Origin: Pirellulales bacterium
GTDB lineage: Bacteria; Planctomycetota; Planctomycetia; Pirellulales; JALHLM01
Assembly: GCA_022844585.1 (NCBI GenBank)
Contig: JALHLM010000005.1
Location: 1-32,880, forward strand
Length of the DNA stretch: 32,880 nt
Reading direction: 5' to 3'
Under the pieces are notes generated by a model. The model had not been told where the DNA came from. It saw only the letters and a list, made by a program, of their open reading frames with translations, and did not search any database. Below, piece by piece: positions 17,516 through 24,738 of this stretch. Every line of letters begins with the position of its first letter. Positions within the stretch are counted from its first letter, which is position 1. Both the position numbers and the translations under genes were made by a program.

Positions 17516-19779
17516 GAACGCTTCCTCTGTAGCTGTGCGAAACTGACTCGATCTCGTCGCGCCGGCGTGGCATTTCCTCCCGTTCCCTCAAGCGCGGCCC
17601 CCTGGATCGACGCGGCAACGGCCGCTCCGACAAGGCAGTCCAGCCAATGGTTATCCGCCCGCTCCGGGCGCAGCTTCCATTCGTCCACCGTCCGTCCTCG
17701 CCCTTCGGTCTTTACCCGATATTCACTTGTCAGATGTTCAGCCAGTAAGCGGTGCAGATCGGCGCGATCGCCGAAAAGGGACAAACAACCTCGGCCGCCC
17801 ATCGGTACAGCCAACCGGGCATGCACGAACGTCTTCCAGTAATTGGTGTCGAATACCGTGTGACGGACCGCCCGCTTGCCGGCGACGTTGGGCATCCGCC
17901 AGTTGTGGCCAATCCGGTCGCCGGGGCGGCGTTTGTACTCGGAGAACGGTTGGCTCGAAGCGCCGACGAAGTGACCGTGGCTCGGCATCACGATACCGGC
18001 ATGCGCCGACTGGCGGCAGAACTGGTAAACGACATCGGTCGACGAGCCCCAGTTCGCGTCGACCAGACAGCGCTCGATCCGTAGCATGGCCCCGTCGTCG
18101 CGACGCCATTCACGGTTTAGACGATCGCGGGTCAACCGATCGAGGCCGGCGTAGATCGCCCCTTCGAGGCCGCTGGCGGCCGTCACGATCGGAAGCGTCT
18201 GCCGCACGTCACGCAACGTGAAGTGCGCTCGCTTCTGATCCGGGTAGGTGCCGTAGTCAATCACGTAGCCAGTGAAATCGTCCTCCCAGGCCGCCACGAG
18301 GTAGAAGAGGATCGACGCCTGCACATCGACAAACATCGTCAAATGGCTGCAACCGATCGGAACATCACTGCGGCGCAATCGGTTGAATTTGGCCGCGATC
18401 TGATCGGCGGTGAGCTCGTCGTCTTGAGCAGTAGCCGCGGGTAATGGTTCGTTCTGATACTCCGCGAAGAACGCCGCTTCGTCTTGGAGCTTTAAGTTCA
18501 TCGCATGTTGAATCGCCGACAGCTCGTCGTGATTGAACCGTTCTGGCCAGGCAATGACCGCCCCCTCGTCCATCGCCTCGCGGTTGACACCATAGAAATC
18601 GGTGGCCTCCTCGCCATGTCGCTCCGCTCGCAGGCTCTCAGCGCGAACCTCGGCATATTGCTGCCATAGTTTCTCGTTGGCGGGAAAGGCGTAGACCATC
18701 TTGGTGCGCTGCCCGTTCCACTCTGGGTGCTTGTCGCGCGAAAGAATGTTGTCCGCCATGTCGCTCGGGCGGATCACGGTGCAGGGCATGATGCCGGAGA
18801 TTTTTTTCCCCGGGCCAGCGAGGCCGAGCACGGCACCAGCCAAGATGCTTTCGCGCGTCGCGCACTGCGACAGCGAACGTGCTGATTCGTCTGTCTGAGG
18901 ATCATCGAGCACGACGAGCGTCGGGCGCACCGTGTGACCGTCAGCACGCTTGTACTTCATACCGCGAATGCGTCCCGTGATCCCTGCCACCTTGATGATC
19001 GCGCCACTGGCCTTGCTGCCGGGCATTGTGGGAAGCACGATCTCCCGAGCGGTCCAACCGATGTGCGTGCGATCGCCCTGGTAAAGCTGCCCGTTACAAC
19101 GATTGGCGATGCCATCGAGCGCCTGAATCGGGAACATGACCTCCGGAAAGTCTTCGAGTAGAAGCTCGTTCCCGTCGAGCTCCATCTTGATCGACTCGAG
19201 CATGTCCATTGCGTGCCCTTCGTCCGAGCCGATAAGACAGACGAATTCGCGGTGGCCATAGAGCACCGACCAAATGCAGGCACACTCACAGATAGTCGTC
19301 TTGCCGGAACCACGCGGCATCGCCATCGCAAAGAGGCCGCCGCGTAGGACGGCCTCCTCGATCTTGGCGATGACTTTCAAGTGGTCCGATGACCAGGGCA
19401 GGTGGAACGTCAGCGGGAAGTAGGAATCGCAGAACAGCCGAAAATCGGAAGCGGCCTTGGCCTTTCGCTCCGGATTCACGATGTCTGGCAATTCACCGAT
19501 GTCCCGCCCAGCGATGGCGAGGGCGACGTTCCGTGCCCGGGCACGATCCTTCATCCGTTCGTAAGGATCGCCGCCCGGTTCCGGCTTAGGCGCGTGTCGC
19601 TCCGCGAAGAGCCAGGCGACGTAACGCAACAGATCAACGTGCCGCGCGTCACCGATACGCAGTCCCGCCCTTGTGCGATGGCGATGCAACTGCCGCTCGT
19701 TGATCACTTCGCCGAGCGGCGTCGAGTTCAACAAGCGGCAAAGCTCGCTGGGTCGCAGTTTGCGGGGATCATTCGCCAC
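17512..19779 (-). CDS. Terminase large subunit (GpA-type) with N-terminal wHTH extension
   Basis: Walker A MPRGSGKT, Walker B VVLDDPQ, EYQN, nuclease FVDVQ and DNHWLDC. Confidence 0.9.
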   Translation of the reverse strand: MANDPRKLRPSELCRLLNSTPLGEVINERQLHRHRTRAGLRIGDARHVDLLRYVAWLFAERHAPKPEPGGDPYERMKDRARARNVALAIAGRDIGELPDIVNPERKAKAASDFRLFCDSYFPLTFHLPWSSDHLKVIAKIEEAVLRGGLFAMAMPRGSGKTTICECACIWSVLYGHREFVCLIGSDEGHAMDMLESIKMELDGNELLLEDFPEVMFPIQALDGIANRCNGQLYQGDRTHIGWTAREIVLPTMPGSKASGAIIKVAGITGRIRGMKYKRADGHTVRPTLVVLDDPQTDESARSLSQCATRESILAGAVLGLAGPGKKISGIMPCTVIRPSDMADNILSRDKHPEWNGQRTKMVYAFPANEKLWQQYAEVRAESLRAERHGEEATDFYGVNREAMDEGAVIAWPERFNHDELSAIQHAMNLKLQDEAAFFAEYQNEPLPAATAQDDELTADQIAAKFNRLRRSDVPIGCSHLTMFVDVQASILFYLVAAWEDDFTGYVIDYGTYPDQKRAHFTLRDVRQTLPIVTAASGLEGAIYAGLDRLTRDRLNREWRRDDGAMLRIERCLVDANWGSSTDVVYQFCRQSAHAGIVMPSHGHFVGASSQPFSEYKRRPGDRIGHNWRMPNVAGKRAVRHTVFDTNYWKTFVHARLAVPMGGRGCLSLFGDRADLHRLLAEHLTSEYRVKTEGRGRTVDEWKLRPERADNHWLDCLVGAAVAASIQGAALEGTGGNATPARRDRVSFAQLQRKRS

Positions 19780-19993
19780 GCGCCATCTCCTTCACCAGCC
19801 ACGCGGCGAAATGGACCAGGTTCAGCGTGCCGTCTTGGTTCGTCGGCGCGCCCAGCACGACGTCCTGTTCCAGCATCTCGGCCGTGATGGCTTGGCCACT
19901 CGCGGCGCTCAACACGCGGGCGGCGTCCACCAATTGCAGCCGTAGCGGATTCATCGCGGAATGTAGCGAGTCGCTAGTTTTTTGGCCGGCCAT
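19769..19993 (-). CDS. Terminase small subunit-like wHTH protein
   Basis: Start reassigned to ATG 19993. Overlaps the terminase start; GAPTNQDGTLNLVHFAAWL resembles a Nu1-type wing. Confidence 0.6.
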   Translation of the reverse strand: MAGQKTSDSLHSAMNPLRLQLVDAARVLSAASGQAITAEMLEQDVVLGAPTNQDGTLNLVHFAAWLVKEMARGE

Positions 19994-20130
19994 GCTAAGG
20001 AGTTCTCGCTGAAAATAGTCACGAATTCTCGGCGGATTCAGCCGCAATTCGCTGGATGATTCCGCCCGTGCTGGTAGATGTGTGACACACGCGAACGAGA
20101 TTCGCGACCAACGAACGAAAGGCCCAAACG

Positions 20131-20451
20131 ATGCCCGCCAACGACGACCTCGACCCCGGGTACGACTTTGAGATCACTAAGACCACGCGCCGCGCCGCCG
20201 GCGCGGGCACCTGGGTGATTGGCCGGATCGCCGGATACCGCTTCGACGCCCTGGTCTTCCCCGAACACGCCGAATGCTCGGATTGGGAATTGGGCGAGAG
20301 CCGCATCTCGAAGCTTTGGTTGCAACGTAGCGCCGACCGCGCGACGGTCTTCAATTGGGATCGCGGGGCGGACATCGCCGCCGCAAGCGACGAAGTGCAA
20401 GCGATCGTCGACTTCCTGGCCGCGGGCCTCGCGGACCACCTCTACGCCTAA
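20131..20451 (+). CDS. Hypothetical protein
   Basis: 106 aa, AAGG RBS, strong GC3 codon bias, globular-looking (GRISKLW-like and FNWDRG motifs). Confidence 0.75.
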   Translation: MPANDDLDPGYDFEITKTTRRAAGAGTWVIGRIAGYRFDALVFPEHAECSDWELGESRISKLWLQRSADRATVFNWDRGADIAAASDEVQAIVDFLAAGLADHLYA

Positions 20452-20474
20452 CCCCACGAACGGAACCCATCGCC

Positions 20475-20690
20475 ATGACCACCAACGACGAAACGCCCCG
20501 CACGTACAGCGGCCCGTTCTTGCGAACGCTGCATGTCCTGGAACGCACACTACGCCGCCATCTCGACGAATTGCACAAGATCGATTGCGAAGACGTGGAC
20601 GCCGCCGAAGCGATCGTGTTCGCCATCGAGGCCGCACAAACATCTCTCGACCACACGCAGGCAGTAAGACGCCAGCACCGATGCGACTAA
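20475..20690 (+). CDS. Small helical hypothetical protein
   Basis: 71 aa from ATG 20475; amphipathic helices; co-oriented with neighbours. Confidence 0.55.
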   Translation: MTTNDETPRTYSGPFLRTLHVLERTLRRHLDELHKIDCEDVDAAEAIVFAIEAAQTSLDHTQAVRRQHRCD

Positions 20691-20691
20691 C

Positions 20692-20713
20692 GAGCCGGCC
20701 GAGTGGTCGGCTC
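20692..20713 (+). terminator. Hairpin, possible weak terminator
   Basis: GAGCCGGCC-GAGT-GGTCGGCTC stem followed by a T-rich tract right after the stop at 20690. Confidence 0.35.
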
Positions 20714-20751
20714 ATTTCATTTCTGTTCCCCGTTTCTGAAGGAGAACCAAT

Positions 20752-21093
20752 ATGGCTGCGAAGAAAACGACGACGAAGAAGAAGCCCTCGACAACGAAAA
20801 AGGCCAAGGTCGTTCCCGCGCCGAAGCCCCGCTCTGCGAAGGCCAAGCGCGAGGCCAAAGAGAAGAAGTTGAGCGCCCTCGACGCCGCGGCAAAGGTGCT
20901 CGCCGAAACTGGCGAACCGATGACGACGAAGGAACTCATCGACGCCATGGCCGCGAAGGGCTACTGGACGAGCCCCGGCGGGAAGACGCCAGAACGCACG
21001 TTGTACTCGGCGCTCGCTCGTGACGTCGAAGCCCGCGGCAAAGAGTCGCGGTTCAAGAAGGGTGAACGCGGCAAGTTCCTGGCCAACGCCTAA
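20752..21093 (+). CDS. HARE-HTH (HB1/ASXL-type) winged-helix protein with Lys-rich N-terminal tail
   Basis: LSALDAAAKVL..GEPMTTKELI...GKTPERTLYSAL..RFKK..RGKF; AAGGAG RBS. Confidence 0.82.
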   Translation: MAAKKTTTKKKPSTTKKAKVVPAPKPRSAKAKREAKEKKLSALDAAAKVLAETGEPMTTKELIDAMAAKGYWTSPGGKTPERTLYSALARDVEARGKESRFKKGERGKFLANA

Positions 21094-21101
21094 GCGGAGA
21101 G

Positions 21102-21278
21102 ATGACGATGCACGAACTTTCAGATGCCATCCGCCAGGTGACTGCCAAGGTCCAACGCGAAATCGATCAGGGGCGGCGATCCCGTTCGATCGATGCGGTC
21201 GACTTGGTCGAAGTGCTACTGGCGATCGCCGACCAGCTTGAACCGTTTGTTCCGGAGTCGAACGCAAAGACGCCCTAG
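21102..21278 (+). CDS. 58-aa hypothetical protein (not in ORF track)
   Basis: Translated by hand: MTMHELSDAIRQVTAKVQREIDQGRRSRSIDAVDLVEVLLAIADQLEPFVPESNAKTP; GGAGA upstream, 8 nt after the previous stop. Confidence 0.6.
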   Translation: MTMHELSDAIRQVTAKVQREIDQGRRSRSIDAVDLVEVLLAIADQLEPFVPESNAKTP

Positions 21279-21307
21279 CGCCGCGGCCGCCAATAGGTGC
21301 GCCGCAA

Positions 21308-21345
21308 GACGACGCCCCACGTTTCGCACGTGCGGGCGTTTCGTC
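21308..21345. terminator. Hairpin between convergent genes
   Basis: Imperfect stem GACGACGCCCCACGT / ACGTGCGGGCGTTTCGTC between the stops at 21278 and 21405. Confidence 0.35.
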
Positions 21346-21404
21346 GTTGGTCGCTCGGCTTGCCAACCTCTCCGACCGGTCGCGAAACGGGCGAACGTAG
21401 GCGT

Positions 21405-22718
21405 TCACGTCGCCACCTCGGCGAGCGCCACGCGTTCGGCCTTCTTGCCGGTGAATTTTTCGAAGCGCTGCACGATGACGTCACAATAGAGCGCGTCGAG
21501 TTCCATCAGGTACGCCCGTCGGCCCGTCTGCTCGGCGGCGATCAACGTTGATCCACTGCCGCCAAATAGGTCCAACACATTCTCGCCCGGGCGCGACGAG
21601 TATTGCATCGCCCGCACTGCCAGCTCGACCGGTTTCTCGGTGAGATGCACCATCGACTGTGGGTTGACCTTCTTGATGCTCCAAACGTCGACGGCGTTGT
21701 TCGGCCCGAGGTAGAGATGGGCAGCGCCCTCTCGCCAACCGTAGAAGCACCACTCATGGTTGCCCATGAAATCCTTGCGGGTCAGAACTGGATGCTCCTT
21801 CACCCAGATGATAGCTTGTGAGAAGTAGAGCTCGCAGGCCTTCAGTACCGGCGGATAGTTCGCGCAGTTGGCATAACCGCCCCAGATGTAGAACCCTCTT
21901 CCCGGCGCGAGCACTCGGGCCATATTGCCAAACCAGGCAGAGAGCAGTTCGTCGAACGCAACATCGCTCACGAAGTCGTTTGCCAACGGTCGATCTTTGG
22001 CACGCAGCTTCTTCTGTGTCGGCTTGGACTTCTCCGGGTGGCGCGCCAGGTCGAGCGATTGATGGTGCTTGGGGCCGGCAAAGGAACTCAGGCCGGCGGC
22101 GATGGCGTTGTTCGAACGCGGCTCGACTTTGACGTTATACGGCGGGTCGCTATTCACGAGGTGGATCACAGCGCCGTCGAGCAACCGATCGACGTCATCC
22201 GGCTTGCTCGAATCGCCGCAGAGCAACCGGTGCTCCCCGAGAATCCACAAGTCGGCAGGCCGCGTGTTCGCTTGGTCCGGCGGCGCTGGCACATCGTCCG
22301 GATCGCACAGCCCGTCCTTCGCGGACGGATTGAGCAGCTTCAGGAGCTCGTCTTCGTAGAACCCCAGCAAACCGAGGTCGTAGTTCAGTGCCTGCAGCTC
22401 GCCCAACTCAATCGGCAGCAGGTCGTAGTTCCACTCGGCCAGCTCGGCCGTTTTGTTGTCGGCGATCCGGTACGCCTTGATCTGCTCGGGCGTCAGGTCT
22501 TTGGCGACATGGACCGGCACCTTTTCCAGGCCCAGGTGCTGGGCTGCCTTCCACCGCGTGTGCCCACAGATGATGACGCCCTCGGCGTCGACCACGATCG
22601 GCTGCCGGAAGCCAAACTCCCGGATGCTCGCCGCCACGGCAACGACAGCGTCGTCGTTGAGGCGAGGATTGCCGGCATAGGGCGTGATCTTGACAATCCG
22701 CCAGAGAGAGACTTGCAT
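21405..22718 (-). CDS. ParB-like N-terminal domain plus N6-adenine/N4-cytosine DNA methyltransferase (beta class)
   Basis: NPR, FGFRQPIVVD, GHTR and RIADNK (ParB/Srx). DPPY precedes HLTEKPVEL and DLFGGSGST. Confidence 0.92.
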   Translation of the reverse strand: MQVSLWRIVKITPYAGNPRLNDDAVVAVAASIREFGFRQPIVVDAEGVIICGHTRWKAAQHLGLEKVPVHVAKDLTPEQIKAYRIADNKTAELAEWNYDLLPIELGELQALNYDLGLLGFYEDELLKLLNPSAKDGLCDPDDVPAPPDQANTRPADLWILGEHRLLCGDSSKPDDVDRLLDGAVIHLVNSDPPYNVKVEPRSNNAIAAGLSSFAGPKHHQSLDLARHPEKSKPTQKKLRAKDRPLANDFVSDVAFDELLSAWFGNMARVLAPGRGFYIWGGYANCANYPPVLKACELYFSQAIIWVKEHPVLTRKDFMGNHEWCFYGWREGAAHLYLGPNNAVDVWSIKKVNPQSMVHLTEKPVELAVRAMQYSSRPGENVLDLFGGSGSTLIAAEQTGRRAYLMELDALYCDVIVQRFEKFTGKKAERVALAEVAT

Positions 22719-23046
22719 CGGAGTACCTGCGCAGAGGGATTCTCATGCTGGATACTCCGAGACGCGGAGTGCGGCCCTGGGAACCAAGGCGGCGGGCCGG
22801 GGGACCATGGAGACCGACCACTGGGGTGATTATAACAATTGTTGAAGCAAATTGAATCCAGTATGACCATGCTTACGCAGAACAGTTTGTCAGAAATGCC
22901 GTCTTATTGCCTGCGTCGGGATGCTGTGTTAGACGTGCCATGAGCAAACACCGGGGATACCGAAGTGGCGTCCCCAGCAAGTTTTCGCGAGCAATAATTC
23001 CTGGGATAGGCTGAGTAAGTCGCTTCCCCACACTCAGAGGTCTTTC

Positions 23047-24189
23047 GTGCCCACGCTTCCATTGGCCAGACGCGGAAAGAAACTTGTAAGCCGAAACTCG
23101 CTTGTCGAGTTTTCGTATTTCCCGACGTATCGAGGTGCTCGACGCGCAGGAATTCATACAAAAGTCTACACGACCGATGCATGGGCGGTAATCAAAGCAG
23201 CTGTTCGACAATCATGCCCAGCGATTGATCGACCAACAGCATCTGCCTTTGTAGATCAGGCAGAGGAGTTTTATCGTGCTGCTGCAAATGCACAGAGCCA
23301 CTACGGGCGGCCCCTCTTGCTCTACTACGCCTTCATGAATCTCGCCAAGGCCCTCTGTTTGCACAGGGGAAATCGCAGTGTGCTCGGCAAGTCGCAACAC
23401 GGATTGGAAGATGCCAACAACTCTGCAGCAGATCTGCTGAATGTAACATTAAATGCATATCCTTCTAACAACACCGTTCCTCCACCAAGGGGGCCTAAAA
23501 TCAATGTGTTTCATGAGTTCTTGGTTTCGGCAACTGGTACTGGCCTCGCCGCACAGGAGACGTACCTAATGCGAGATATTCTCGCATCCTCGTTAGTTGG
23601 CCATCGTCTATGGACCGAAGCGGCGAATTCTGAGGATCGGTTCCTCAAATTGGTCTCCATGGACATCATGCACGACAGCAATTCGAATACGCTTTGGCTT
23701 CGCGCCTCAATTAAGAACAGCAGCCTTTCAAAGAACGGATTGACACGAGCCAAGGTGACGAGCGATGGCTTCGGCCCCGGATGGAGGGCCGTCAGAATGA
23801 GGGGAAACACCGGCACCGAGCTGGCAGTTTGGGAGCAGTTGCAGCCTGTGACATTCTCGCATCGGCCGTCGGACGTGCTCGAACAGTTGGCAGACACTGC
23901 GCGGCGATTGTTCTACCGCTCGCTCACAACTTCAGAGCCTTTCCGAAGCTACTACGTTTATGTGCCGCCGACGGGCTTTTCCAAGCCTCGGCAGCTTGCC
24001 TCTCGATATATTCTTCTATTCTTTCTGGGATCAGTGACCCGATATCGTCCAGCCGATTTTGCTACTTACTTGGATGGAGAGTTCGGTCCCTTTCTGGCGG
24101 AATTTTTAGCCTCCGAGCCCGGCCAAGGGCTGTTTGAAATGGCATGTCTGTTTGTGAATCGTGAAGTTGTCAGCGTCGGACTTGCATGA
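23047..24189 (+). CDS. YaaC-family protein
   Basis: QAEEFY, PLLLYYAFMNLAKAL, HGL and LFFLGSVTRYRP motifs; lower GC and opposite strand to the phage genes. Confidence 0.8.
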   Translation: MPTLPLARRGKKLVSRNSLVEFSYFPTYRGARRAGIHTKVYTTDAWAVIKAAVRQSCPAIDRPTASAFVDQAEEFYRAAANAQSHYGRPLLLYYAFMNLAKALCLHRGNRSVLGKSQHGLEDANNSAADLLNVTLNAYPSNNTVPPPRGPKINVFHEFLVSATGTGLAAQETYLMRDILASSLVGHRLWTEAANSEDRFLKLVSMDIMHDSNSNTLWLRASIKNSSLSKNGLTRAKVTSDGFGPGWRAVRMRGNTGTELAVWEQLQPVTFSHRPSDVLEQLADTARRLFYRSLTTSEPFRSYYVYVPPTGFSKPRQLASRYILLFFLGSVTRYRPADFATYLDGEFGPFLAEFLASEPGQGLFEMACLFVNREVVSVGLA

Positions 24190-24208
24190 GACTTACTCGC
24201 ATTGTTCG

Positions 24209-24418
24209 CTAGGAGAATTCTGATCCCTCTGGGGCCTCAATCACAATTCGCCCTCGACGTCCTTTGCGGCCGACAAAGCGAACGACGATCTGCACGCCGT
24301 TGTACTCGACGACACGTGACTCGCCCTCGGAGTACCAGTCCACGCTGCGGCATGGCGGCCGCGCGCAGTCCCGCAACGGTGGACATTCGCAGTTCGCGCG
24401 GTTATCAGCGGGGGGCAT
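24209..24418 (-). CDS. Small CsrA-like beta-fold protein
   Basis: ATG 24418 with GAGGAGGAG RBS. GESRVV..VQIVVRFVGRKGRRGRIVIEAP parallels CsrA [26 protein letters not shown]. Confidence 0.55.
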   Translation of the reverse strand: MPPADNRANCECPPLRDCARPPCRSVDWYSEGESRVVEYNGVQIVVRFVGRKGRRGRIVIEAPEGSEFS

Positions 24419-24523
24419 CTTCTCCTCCTCAGGAATTCGGACAATCAAAACAAACTGTGCCTAACCCGGCGGCTGTTCCCGCGGGCGTCATCTGGCGACT
24501 TTTGCCCGGGAGGAACCATGGCG

Positions 24524-24738
24524 TGGCGACAGAACCTCAGTATTTGCCGTGATTTTCGGGGTTTCGTCGCCGTCGCCAGTAACTTTTCATTGCGCAGTGC
24601 AAATAGCGGAAGAAAAAATGCGCGTTAGTTTTCATTCTTCTTTCCCATCTTGCCATTTCCCATTCTGCATTTCATTTTGAGTGGCGACGGCGACAGAACC
24701 CTCGTTTCTCTCGGGTTTTGAGGGGGTTTCGTCGCCAC
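24524..24738. repeat. Duplicated inverted GGCGAC iteron-like units flanking an AT-rich tract (candidate origin)
   Basis: GGCGACAGAACC at 24525 and 24689; GGGGTTTCGTCGCC at 24558 and 24723. Confidence 0.65.

Noticed and set aside
22719-23046. ORFs or gene remnant upstream of the methylase and YaaC gene
   Set aside because: Short Pro/Ser-rich frames without RBS or motifs; probably a divergent intergenic region or insertion scar.
24524-24738. Repeats considered as a mini-CRISPR array
   Set aside because: Only two bipartite units with 12-14-nt arms, irregular spacing and no cas genes; fits iterons better.
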